Below are positions 7,387 through 15,267 of a stretch of 24,000 bases of DNA, one piece after another. Source of the stretch: Tsukamurella pulmonis (GTDB lineage Bacteria; Actinomycetota; Actinomycetes; Mycobacteriales; Mycobacteriaceae). The notes under the pieces are model-generated. The model had not been told where the DNA came from. It ran no database searches and saw only the letters and a list, made by a program, of their open reading frames with translations. The DNA lies in NCBI RefSeq assembly GCF_900103175.1, contig NZ_FNLF01000002.1, positions 1,788,136 to 1,812,135 of the forward strand. Direction: 5' to 3'. The translations under genes and the position numbers were made by a program. Position 1 is the first letter of the stretch; the number at the start of each line of letters is the position of its first letter.

Positions 7387-8742
7387 ATGACTGATGCGAG
7401 TGCGCCGGCGCCGGTGTCGTCGCGGGCGGAGACCCGCCGCGCGATCTGGAACACGCTGCGGGGTTCGAGTGGCAACCTCGTCGAGTGGTACGACGTCTAC
7501 GTCTACACCGTTTTCGCGACGTACTTCGAGAGCCAGTTCTTCGACAAGGCCGACAAGAACTCCACCGTGTACGTGTACGCGATCTTCGCGGTCACGTTCG
7601 TCATGCGGCCGGTCGGCTCCTGGTTCTTCGGCCGGTACGCCGACCGCAAGGGCCGCCGCGCCGCGCTGACCATGAGCGTCTCCCTCATGGCCGCATGCTC
7701 GTTCATCATCGCGATCGTGCCGGGGCGCGAGACCATCGGCATCGCCGCTGCGGTGATCCTCATCCTGTGCCGCCTGGTGCAGGGCTTCGCCACCGGCGGC
7801 GAGTACGGGACCTCGGCGACGTACATGTCGGAGGCCGCTACGCGGGAGCGGCGCGGCTTCTTCTCCTCCTTCCAGTACGTCACCCTCGTCGGCGGCCATG
7901 TGCTGGCGCAGTTCATGCTGCTCGTCCTGCTCGGACTGTTCTCCAAGGCCCAGGTCTCCGACTTCGGTTGGCGGATCGCCTTCTTCGTCGGCGGCATCGC
8001 GGCGATCATCGTCTTCTGGCTCCGCCGCACGATGGACGAGTCGCTCTCGGCGGAGCAGCTCGCCGCGATCCGCGACGGTGAGGACACCTCCTCCGGGACG
8101 ATGCGCGAACTGCTGACCGGCTACTGGCGATCGCTGCTGCTGTGCTTCCTCATCACGATGGGCGGCACGCTCGCGTTCTACGTCTACAGCGTCAACGCAC
8201 CCGCGATCGTCAAGACCGCGTACTCCGATCACGCGCTGACGGCGACCTGGGTCAACCTGATCGGCCTGATCTTCCTCATGCTGATCCAGCCGATCGGCGG
8301 TGCGATCAGCGACAAGATCGGCCGCAAGCCGATGCTCGTCTTCTTCGGTGTGGGCGGCGTCTGCTACACGTACTTCCTCATCACCTACCTGCCGACGCTG
8401 CACGTCGCGATCGCCTCGCTGGCGATGGTCTGCTTCGGCTACGTGATCATCACCGGCTACACGTCGATCAACGCCCTGGTGAAGGCCGAGCTGTTCCCCT
8501 CCCACGTCCGCGCCCTCGGCGTCGGGATCGGCTACGCGCTCGCCAACTCGATCTTCGGCGGCACGGCGCCGCTGATCTACGAGGCCGCGAAGAACTCCGG
8601 GCACGTACCGTGGTTCATCGCCTACGTCACCATCACCATCGGTATCTCGCTGTTCGTCTACATCTTCTTCCTGCACAACAAGTCCGAGACCTACCTCGAC
8701 CGGGAACGCGGCAGTGCGTTCGTCGCGGACGGGCGTCGTTGA
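7387..8742 (+). CDS. kgtP: MFS metabolite:H+ symporter (MHS family), alpha-ketoglutarate permease KgtP-like, 451 aa
   Basis: The N-terminus RRAIWNTLRGSSGNLVEWYDVYVYTVFATYFESQFF closely parallels E. coli KgtP (SSGNLVEWFDFYVYSF..., from memory). Motif A is GRYADRKGRR. The RBS GGAAGGG lies upstream of the ATG. Confidence 0.8.
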   Translation: MTDASAPAPVSSRAETRRAIWNTLRGSSGNLVEWYDVYVYTVFATYFESQFFDKADKNSTVYVYAIFAVTFVMRPVGSWFFGRYADRKGRRAALTMSVSLMAACSFIIAIVPGRETIGIAAAVILILCRLVQGFATGGEYGTSATYMSEAATRERRGFFSSFQYVTLVGGHVLAQFMLLVLLGLFSKAQVSDFGWRIAFFVGGIAAIIVFWLRRTMDESLSAEQLAAIRDGEDTSSGTMRELLTGYWRSLLLCFLITMGGTLAFYVYSVNAPAIVKTAYSDHALTATWVNLIGLIFLMLIQPIGGAISDKIGRKPMLVFFGVGGVCYTYFLITYLPTLHVAIASLAMVCFGYVIITGYTSINALVKAELFPSHVRALGVGIGYALANSIFGGTAPLIYEAAKNSGHVPWFIAYVTITIGISLFVYIFFLHNKSETYLDRERGSAFVADGRR

Positions 8743-8786
8743 CTCCGGCCTGCACTCGAGCGTGGCGAGCCCTCAGCCCAGATGAT

Positions 8787-8835
8787 GAAAAATTACACAG
8801 TTCCCGACACGGCGCGCCTATGGTGGTAATTTTTC
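8787..8835. promoter_or_regulatory. Perfect 10-bp inverted repeat GAAAAATTAC-N29-GTAATTTTTC upstream of the first DeoR gene (candidate operator or RNA stem)
   Basis: The arms are at 8787-8796 and 8826-8835, in the AT-rich 179-bp intergenic region at the left island border, about 90 bp upstream of the ATG at 8922. Confidence 0.3.
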
Positions 8836-8921
8836 TCGTACGTGCTGGAAATTATGCGCGGAAGTTCGCGCCCACCCCGAATCTCTGTGAGGAAATAACA
8901 TGGTGAGTGTGGAGGTGCCCC

Positions 8922-9695
8922 ATGGTGAGCGATGTCTCCAAGCGTCGGAACATGATTCGCGACCTTGCCCACGAAAAGGGTGAGGTCGCGTTCGCAGCAC
9001 TCGCTGCGCGTTTCGGGGTGTCGGCTATGACAGTGCGCCGCGATGTCGATGCACTTGAGGCTGAAGGACTGGTGCGCAAGGTCATGGGAGGTGCAATCGC
9101 GACCGGCAAGGTCGCCGAGCCCTCCTTCGAGTCCCGCGCCGCTGTGGAGTCCGCGGGGAAGCAACACATTGGCGAAACCGTGGCAGCACTCCTGTGTCCG
9201 AAGGAGACGGTGATCCTCGACAGCGGCAGCACCGTGCTGGCCGTCGCGCGAGCGATCCGCGGGAGGGGCCTAGGCCTGACGGTTCTAACTCCCAGCATTC
9301 TGGTCGCCGTCGAGCTTGCGGACGATCCCGGAACCACCGTGTTGCTGACCGGCGGGACGGTCAGGGCCGGTGAGCTCAGTCTGATCGGCGACGACGCCGC
9401 GGCGACGTTCGATCGTTACAACTGTGACACCTTCGTGATGGGGGTGTCCGGCGTGGACACCGACCGCGGGTACAGCGACTACCGCTCCGATGAGAGCGCG
9501 GTGAAGCGCGCCGCGATAGGTGCCGCGGACAGGCTCGTCGTCGTCGCAGACCACACGAAGCTCGACCGCGCACACCTAGCGCGAATAGCACCGTTCGAGG
9601 CGGCGGACCTGCTCGTTACTGATGCCGACGTGGGGGCAGAAGTCGTGAGAGTTGGGCGTGAGATGGGCGTCCACGTCGTCCTGGCGGAGCGGTGA
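8922..9695 (+). CDS. DeoR-family transcriptional regulator (SgcR-like), 257 aa
   Basis: The N-terminal HTH is RRNMIRDLAHEKGEVAFAALAARFGVSAMTVRRDVDALEAEGLVRKV. The C-terminal DeoR sugar-phosphate sensor domain shows ILDSGSTV and FVMGVSGV. The ATG at 8922 is preceded by GGAGG (8911-8915). Confidence 0.85.
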   Translation: MVSDVSKRRNMIRDLAHEKGEVAFAALAARFGVSAMTVRRDVDALEAEGLVRKVMGGAIATGKVAEPSFESRAAVESAGKQHIGETVAALLCPKETVILDSGSTVLAVARAIRGRGLGLTVLTPSILVAVELADDPGTTVLLTGGTVRAGELSLIGDDAAATFDRYNCDTFVMGVSGVDTDRGYSDYRSDESAVKRAAIGAADRLVVVADHTKLDRAHLARIAPFEAADLLVTDADVGAEVVRVGREMGVHVVLAER

Positions 9696-9767
9696 ATAAC
9701 TGACCGATTCGCAGTGGTATCGGAAATCCCCGCGCCCTATTCAGGCGCGCCGACGAAGGAGTCATCC

Positions 9768-10586
9768 ATGAACGACACCTGGCTCGATAACGTCTTCACA
9801 GTGAAGAAGCCTGTCATCGCTATGCTTCACCTGGCTGCCCTACCGGGAGATCCCGGGTACGACAGCGTCGCCGGCATCAGCGCCATCGTCGATCGTGCCA
9901 AGGGCGAACTCGAAGCCCTGCAGGAGGGCGGTGTTGACGGCGTGATGGTCTCCAACGAGTTCAGTCTGCCCTATCTCACCAAGACCGAGCCGATCACCGC
10001 GATCACAATGGCACGGATCATCACCGAGTTGCTCCCGGAGCTATCCGTACCACACGGCGTGAACGTCCTGTGGGACGGTCGCGCCTCCATCGACCTTGCT
10101 GTTGCTACCGGCGCGCAATGGGTTCGGGAGATCTTCACGGGTGTCTACGCGAGCGATTTCGGCTTGTGGAATACCAACGTCGGTGAGGTCGCTCGCTACC
10201 GGCACCGGATCGGAGCACACGATGTCAAGCTCCTTTTCAACATCGTCCCGGAGTCGGCAGCGTATGCCGCCGACCGGTCGTTGCAGTCGATCGCGCGGAG
10301 CACGGTGTTCGCGACCGCACCCGACGCGCTGTGCGTATCGGGGCTCACTGCCGGCTCCCCCACGGACACACAATCACTCACGACCGTCAAGGACGCTGCG
10401 GGTTCCGTGCCGGTGTTCGTCAACACAGGGGTCGAAGCGTCCAATGCCGCCGAGCAACTGGCTGTCGCCGACGGAGCTGTCGTCGGCACCGCGTTCAAGA
10501 AGGATGGCGAGTTCGCCAACAGGGTCGAGCTGGGTCGGGTACGTGAGCTCATGGGTGCGGTCCGGGACTTCAGGGCCACCGCCTGA
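9768..10586 (+). CDS. sgcQ: BtpA/SgcQ-family protein (TIM-barrel, function unknown), 272 aa
   Basis: KKPVIAMLHLAALPGDPGYD is typical of the BtpA family N-terminus. Length and context next to PTS/sgc genes fit. The ATG at 9768 is preceded by GAAGGAG. Confidence 0.75.
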   Translation: MNDTWLDNVFTVKKPVIAMLHLAALPGDPGYDSVAGISAIVDRAKGELEALQEGGVDGVMVSNEFSLPYLTKTEPITAITMARIITELLPELSVPHGVNVLWDGRASIDLAVATGAQWVREIFTGVYASDFGLWNTNVGEVARYRHRIGAHDVKLLFNIVPESAAYAADRSLQSIARSTVFATAPDALCVSGLTAGSPTDTQSLTTVKDAAGSVPVFVNTGVEASNAAEQLAVADGAVVGTAFKKDGEFANRVELGRVRELMGAVRDFRATA

Positions 10587-10643
10587 TTGTCCCTCGCCGG
10601 GTGCGCCTCTGCTCGAGTGGGGCGCGTCTGGAGATGGGACGTG

Positions 10644-11275
10644 TCAGCGCCAGGCCCGCACCAGAGCCACTGGGTCCGGTGCAGCGAGGAACGACCGGCC
10701 CAAGACCACATCGGTGAACCCGGCGCCGATGAGCTGCTCGCGGTGCTCGAGTGAGACTCCGCCGTCGGCGCATATCCCAATGTCAGTGGGAGATCCGCGA
10801 GGAAGGCCTTTCGAGCCGTGACCGCAGCAGGAAGAAAACCCTCAGAGCCACCGTCGGGCTCGCTGGTGAGCAGGCTGACCCCGTCGATCCATGGCGTCGA
10901 GAAGTCCAGGACGGGAGCCGGTGTGGAGGGATTGATCGCGAGTATCGCGCGCATACCCGCGCACCGGATCATGCGAGCGATCCGAGTCGGGTACCGAGTG
11001 GTCTCGGCGTGGAAGGTCACGGAGTGCGCACCAGCCTCCTTCAGAGGACCGATCAGGAACTCGGGTTGCTCCGCCATGAGGTGGACGTCGACGGGGAGCG
11101 ATGACCTCGCGGTGATCGCCGCAACTTGTCGCACGCTGCCGTTCAGGCTCGGGACGAAGTGTGCATCGCAGAAGTCCACGTGGAGACCGGACGCACCGGC
11201 GTTCGAGACTTGTTCCACCGCGCTGCCAAGGTCGAGGGGATCGGCCCGTTCGAGCGAGATCCACAGTCGAATCAC
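10644..11275 (-). pseudogene. sgcE: SgcE-like pentose-5-phosphate 3-epimerase, interrupted by a 1-nt frameshift
   Basis: The first ~162 codons, from GTG at 11275, show RPE-family motifs: GLHVDFCDAHFVP, VDVHLM and GVSLLTSEPDGG. The conserved C-terminus DIGICADGGVSLEHREQLIGAGFTDVVLGRSFLAAPDPVALVRAWR* is read in another frame and ends at TGA 10644-10646. The span is 632 nt, one short of a multiple of 3. The frame switch maps to the G3 run at 10788-10790. Confidence 0.7.
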
Positions 11276-11724
11276 CGGAGGGCACGACCAATCGCCGCTG
11301 TGATCGCCTCCACAGTGGCCTCTGAGAGTAGGTCCGACTCCTCCTGGGCCAGTCGCAGTAGTGATGTCAACGTACCTAGATGCTCATCAGGAGACACTGC
11401 GAGTGCGAAGACGAACCCGACGTCGACCGTGCGTCCGTCACTCGTGCCCATCTCGGCGAAGGCGACGGGTGGAGACAGTCGGGCGAAACCGATCGAACTG
11501 TGCAGGACTGCATCTCCGGCGGTTGCGTGGGGGACGGCGATCGCGACGGGCTCGGTCGCAAGGCCCGTGGGGTACTGGGTTTCACGGTCAAGCATCGCCT
11601 CCACGTAGTCAGGAGTCACCGTGCCGGCATCGTTCAGGACTGCTCCCACAGCGCGGATGACGGTCGCCGGGTCCTCCGCCGTGAAGTCCAGCAGGGTGTC
11701 GTGAGTGACCACTCGGAGCGTCAT
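11272..11724 (-). CDS. sgcA: PTS EIIA component, type-2 (Gat/Fru/Mtl-like; SgcA-like), 150 aa
   Basis: The size and the phospho-His motif VAIAVPHATAG fit PTS_EIIA_2. It has 4-nt overlaps with both neighbours (ATGA at 11721-11724 and GTGA at 11272-11275). Confidence 0.8.
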   Translation of the reverse strand: MTLRVVTHDTLLDFTAEDPATVIRAVGAVLNDAGTVTPDYVEAMLDRETQYPTGLATEPVAIAVPHATAGDAVLHSSIGFARLSPPVAFAEMGTSDGRTVDVGFVFALAVSPDEHLGTLTSLLRLAQEESDLLSEATVEAITAAIGRALR

Positions 11725-13109
11725 GCGTCTGCCTCCGCGGTTGCAGGGTCGGTGGTTGCGAGCTGTGCGCGTTCACGACGATGCCGGACAAAGCCTACGG
11801 CCGCTGCGGCGCTCAGGACGATGGCGAACATCAGACCCATCGCCCACGTGCCGCCGAGGCGGCCGAGCTGCGACGTCAGGTACGACACCCAATTGCCGGC
11901 GCTGAGCGCGGTGATGTAGGTGGCTCCCTGCGCCGACTCGGGCAGTGCGTAGCCGGCATCGGGCGCGGCGGCGGTGATCGAGGGTGCGAAGTAGGAGGCG
12001 ATCAGCAGGACGCCGGACATGATCACGATCCCCGCTATCAGCCCTCGGAATAGGTTGCCCCGCATCAATGGTGCACACATCGCTACGAAGAACGCCGTTG
12101 CCGCCAGGTCGCCGAAAGGAAGAGTGCTGTTCAACGGCAGAAACGCGGCGAGCAGCAAAGTGATCGGGACCATCAGGACGCCGAGGATCACAGTCGCGGG
12201 GTGTCCCACGAGGAGGGCCGAGTCGAGTCCGACGTAGGCCTCGCGACCCTTGAGCCTGCGCTGGAAGAAGACCTGTGCCTGTTCGGTGAGCGGGACGAGC
12301 GCCTCCATGAAGACCGAGATGACCTTGGGGAGGAAGTACATTACCGCTGCGAGGGTGATCCCCAGTTTCAACGCGGAAGAGACCTCCCCGGTTCCGATCG
12401 CGCCTATGACGATGCCGAGGATGCCGCCTATCGCAAACGGTTCCCCCGCTACGCCGAGCTTGTTCTGGAGCCGGTCGACGTCGAGGTTCACATCGCGCAG
12501 TCCGGGCGTACGGTCGAGGATCCATTGCAATCCGAGTACTACCGGTACCGAGGTGGTCGCCCACCCATGGGCGATCGAGACGCCGGGGAGCTGGAAGAAG
12601 CTCTGGACGCGTGAGGCGGTCGCGTCGGCGATCAGGAGTGAGAACACGGCGTGGGTCATCGACGCGAGCACTCCTGCCAGGTAGTTGTCGCCGGTGATCT
12701 TGAAAACGACTGCGCCGCTGAATGCGTAACACCAGAAGTTCCAGATGTCCAGGTTCAGCGTTTTCGTCATCCGCAGCAAGAGCATCACGACGTTCATGCA
12801 GAAGATGATCGGGATCGTCGTGGCGCCGACGGCGGTGCCCAGCGCGATCGCTGCCACTGCTCCGAATCCCACGTCGATCGCCTGCAAGTGGAGATCGAGC
12901 TTCGTCGCGAGTCCATCTGCGGCCGGAGCCAGGGACTCGATGAGCAGGTTCACGACGACACCGAGCATGACGAATCCGATGCCGAGCAGGACCCCGGCAC
13001 GAATCGCCTTGGGCCACTTGACCCCGAGTATGAGAGCTACGAGTGCGATGACGATCGGCAGGACGACCGCGTTGCCGAGGGAATCCCGGACGTATTCGAG
13101 CACGCTCAC
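11721..13109 (-). CDS. sgcC: PTS EIIC permease, galactitol (Gat) family (SgcC/GatC-like), 462 aa
   Basis: A highly hydrophobic polytopic protein of GatC-like size, placed between the IIB and IIA genes. The GTG start at 13109 overlaps the IIB stop (GTGA). Confidence 0.8.
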   Translation of the reverse strand: MSVLEYVRDSLGNAVVLPIVIALVALILGVKWPKAIRAGVLLGIGFVMLGVVVNLLIESLAPAADGLATKLDLHLQAIDVGFGAVAAIALGTAVGATTIPIIFCMNVVMLLLRMTKTLNLDIWNFWCYAFSGAVVFKITGDNYLAGVLASMTHAVFSLLIADATASRVQSFFQLPGVSIAHGWATTSVPVVLGLQWILDRTPGLRDVNLDVDRLQNKLGVAGEPFAIGGILGIVIGAIGTGEVSSALKLGITLAAVMYFLPKVISVFMEALVPLTEQAQVFFQRRLKGREAYVGLDSALLVGHPATVILGVLMVPITLLLAAFLPLNSTLPFGDLAATAFFVAMCAPLMRGNLFRGLIAGIVIMSGVLLIASYFAPSITAAAPDAGYALPESAQGATYITALSAGNWVSYLTSQLGRLGGTWAMGLMFAIVLSAAAAVGFVRHRRERAQLATTDPATAEADA

Positions 13110-13393
13110 GACTTTTCCCGCAGGATCGATTCCGCCGAATCGACGAGATCATCGGCTCCGATCCCGGTGAGCAGTGGCACCCCGGAGAGAACCGGCACGG
13201 GGAGACTGTCGGGAGCTGCGGCGGTCGAGACCACGAGGGAGACGCCGGCGAGATTGGCAGTGATGTCCTGCACGCGGCACTGCTTCGTCTGGACGGCGAG
13301 GCCTCGTTCCTTCAACCGCGCTGTCAGCGCGGTGGCGACGTGCGTGGAGGTCGCGACTCCGGTGCCGCAGGCTACGAGGATGGTCTGGGACAT
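13106..13393 (-). CDS. sgcB: PTS EIIB component (Gat family; SgcB-like), 95 aa
   Basis: The N-terminus MSQTILVACGTGVATS carries the phospho-Cys motif of PTS_IIB (lactose/galactitol type). The size is about 95 aa. Confidence 0.8.
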   Translation of the reverse strand: MSQTILVACGTGVATSTHVATALTARLKERGLAVQTKQCRVQDITANLAGVSLVVSTAAAPDSLPVPVLSGVPLLTGIGADDLVDSAESILREKS

Positions 13394-13401
13394 GGGAGCT
13401 C

Positions 13402-14478
13402 CTACCAGGTGAGGGTCGAGGTGTCGAGGGAGTGCGCCAGGGACTCAAGGATGTCCGTGCAACCGATGAGGTCGTCCATTCGGATCTGTTCGACGGAGCT
13501 GTGCGTGTAGCGACACGGAATTCCGATCCCGACGGTCGCCACGCCCTCCGCGGTCGACATCGGTACGAAGGCTGCGTCGGTGATGAGTCCGATGATCGTT
13601 TCGAGCTGAAGTGGGGTCCCGGTGTCGGTCGCGGCGGTCTCGACGGCGTCAGCCAGACCCTGGTGTGGGATGAGGCCGCCCAGTGTGCCGCGGCCGTGGA
13701 AGGAGAGCCGGTTCAGGACGGGACCGGCGCCGAGGGCGACGTTACCCGTGCCATCGAGGTCGGGAGTGTCAGTAGCAGGTGACACATCCACGTTCACCAC
13801 CGCCGCGGGGTGGTGGTGTGCCACGAGAGAGAGTGTGCCCCGAACGTGGAACTCTTCCTGTGTGGTGAATCCCAAGATGACGGGTCGTTCTGGAGGGGCT
13901 GCGGCCAGTCGCTCAGCCAACTCGCAGAGGGAGGCGACGCCCGATCGGTCGTCGAGGGCGGGGGAGACGACACCTCCGTTGGGAAGCTCTGTGAAACATC
14001 TTTCCGTGCAGGCCATGTCGCCTACGCGGGCGCCGATGTGCAGCGCCTCGGACCGGGTTCGTGCGCCGATGTCGAGATAGAGATCCTCGGCTGGGTGCGC
14101 GACGTACTTCTCGGTCTCCGGTGTCAGGTGGTGCGCGAGACTGCCGACTACGGCAGGGATCGGGCCGTGCCGAGTGAGTACATTGAACCGCGAACCGGGT
14201 AGGAGACGTTCGGGAACACCGCCGACGCGGCGGATCCGGAGGAAGCCGTCCTCCTCTACTCGGTGCACGACCAGTGCCACCTCATCGAGGTGCGCGGTGA
14301 TGAGAGTGGGTTCGCCGGTGCCGGTGCCGATCACGACGGACAACTGACCGGTCCGATCCTGACGCGCGTCGAGTCCTAGGGATTGCAGGTGCTTGCGAAC
14401 GTGACCGACGACGGCGTGCTCGTATCCCGGCGGGCCCGAGAGTGCACACAGGCTGCGGAGGTGTTCGGCGAGGCTCAT
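13402..14478 (-). CDS. sgcX: M42-family metallopeptidase / putative glycosidase-like protein (SgcX/FrvX-like), 358 aa
   Basis: M42 motifs are present: ITAHLDEV, ALDDRSGVA and TTQEEFHVRG (metal ligands His/Asp/Glu-Glu). The ATG at 14478 overlaps the upstream DeoR stop (ATGA). Confidence 0.8.
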   Translation of the reverse strand: MSLAEHLRSLCALSGPPGYEHAVVGHVRKHLQSLGLDARQDRTGQLSVVIGTGTGEPTLITAHLDEVALVVHRVEEDGFLRIRRVGGVPERLLPGSRFNVLTRHGPIPAVVGSLAHHLTPETEKYVAHPAEDLYLDIGARTRSEALHIGARVGDMACTERCFTELPNGGVVSPALDDRSGVASLCELAERLAAAPPERPVILGFTTQEEFHVRGTLSLVAHHHPAAVVNVDVSPATDTPDLDGTGNVALGAGPVLNRLSFHGRGTLGGLIPHQGLADAVETAATDTGTPLQLETIIGLITDAAFVPMSTAEGVATVGIGIPCRYTHSSVEQIRMDDLIGCTDILESLAHSLDTSTLTW

Positions 14479-15239
14479 GCGTGGAGTACTCCTATCCCTT
14501 CATCGACCAGGGCGCGCACAGGCTCTGACCTCGGATCCGCGTCAGTGATGACAAGATCGATGGCGCGAGGTTCCAGTACACGCACTGCTGCGTCGGATCC
14601 GTCGAGTTTCGTTGTGTCGGCGAGGATGATCCGTCGGCGCGCGGCGGTGGCCGCGGCCTGTTTCACCCGGGTCTCATCGATCCCGTAGTCGGAGGCGCCG
14701 CCCGCTGCGGTGATACGCGCGACACCGAGGAACGCCGTGTCGAAGCGGAACTCGCGGAGTCGGTCGACAGCATCAGGCCCGACGACCGTCAGTTCCTCGG
14801 AGCGCACGCGACCACCGATCATTTCGACCCAGATCGTCGTGCAGCCCGCGACGATGCTTGCCGCGGTGAGATTCGGTGTGATCATCGTCCCGCGCAGTGG
14901 CCGGTCGGCGATTGCCGAAGCGAGTGCGATCGCAGTGGTGCCTGAGTCCACGTAGAAGGTGTCACCATCGGCGATCTGATCACGTGCGGCCATGCCAATC
15001 GCACGCTTGGCCAGGTCGTTCCGCACCATTCGGTCCGCGAACGGGGGCTCGAAAAGTCCGCCCGTGTACACCGCTCCGTGCCGGACGCGGCGGACGTCGC
15101 CGTGCCTCTCGAGCGCCTCGATGTCGCGTCGTGCGGTCATCGAGGAGATCCCGTACTCCCGTGCGATCGAGTCGAAGGTCAGTTCGCCACGGATTCGCAA
15201 CTGGTCACGAATCTTGTCCAGGCGATCGGCTCGGTCCAT
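14475..15239 (-). CDS. DeoR-family transcriptional regulator (second copy; first gene of the minus-strand operon), 254 aa
   Basis: The HTH is LTFDSIAREYGISSMTARRDIEALERHGDVRRV and the sensor domain shows YVDSGTTA and AFLGVARI. The start was chosen at ATG 15239 (MDRADRL...). The 21 upstream codons from the TTG at 15302 are unsupported. There is no SD sequence, so the transcript may be leaderless. Confidence 0.8.
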   Translation of the reverse strand: MDRADRLDKIRDQLRIRGELTFDSIAREYGISSMTARRDIEALERHGDVRRVRHGAVYTGGLFEPPFADRMVRNDLAKRAIGMAARDQIADGDTFYVDSGTTAIALASAIADRPLRGTMITPNLTAASIVAGCTTIWVEMIGGRVRSEELTVVGPDAVDRLREFRFDTAFLGVARITAAGGASDYGIDETRVKQAAATAARRRIILADTTKLDGSDAAVRVLEPRAIDLVITDADPRSEPVRALVDEGIGVLHA

Positions 15240-15246
15240 GTGACGA

Positions 15247-15267
15247 ACGTTACACCTCACGCGTGAG
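15247..15267 (-). promoter_or_regulatory. Candidate core promoter/operator of the sgc-type operon: -10-like TAACGT plus a 12-bp perfect palindrome CTCACGCGTGAG
   Basis: On the minus strand, TAACGT (15252-15247) ends 7 nt before the DeoR ATG. The perfect palindrome at 15256-15267 sits immediately upstream, inside the expected -35/-10 spacer. Confidence 0.3.

Noticed and set aside
7357-8676. 439-aa minus-strand ORF antisense to the KgtP-like gene, and similar antisense ORFs at 6446-7327, 19741-20694, 14897-16321, 18366-19352, 1511-3706 and 1899-3617
   Set aside because: Each is antisense or out of frame to a gene with strong motif support. All have highly biased D/E/R/G or R/P/A composition and no recognisable domains.
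8752-8784. Shared 8-mers at both island borders: GCACTCGA at 8752-8759 and 15359-15366, and CCCAGATG at 8777-8784 and 15454-15461, as possible att-like direct repeats
   Set aside because: The matches are only 8 bp, with different spacing on the two sides (about 25 bp versus about 95 bp). Matches of this length between two ~200-bp GC-rich regions are expected by chance. No integrase or tRNA supports a site-specific insertion.
9731-9749. Small hairpin CGCGCC-ctattca-GGCGCG between deoR-1 and sgcQ, and a weak GCGCC...GGCGC stem at about 10600-10630 between convergent sgcQ and sgcE
   Set aside because: The stems are only 5-6 bp in GC-rich sequence and are not distinguishable from chance. No U-tract or other supporting feature is present.
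10196-10643. C-terminal ~150 codons of the 359-aa ORF overlapping sgcQ antisense
   Set aside because: This is the out-of-frame continuation after the frameshift in the SgcE-like gene. The true conserved C-terminus is in another frame and stops at 10644-10646.
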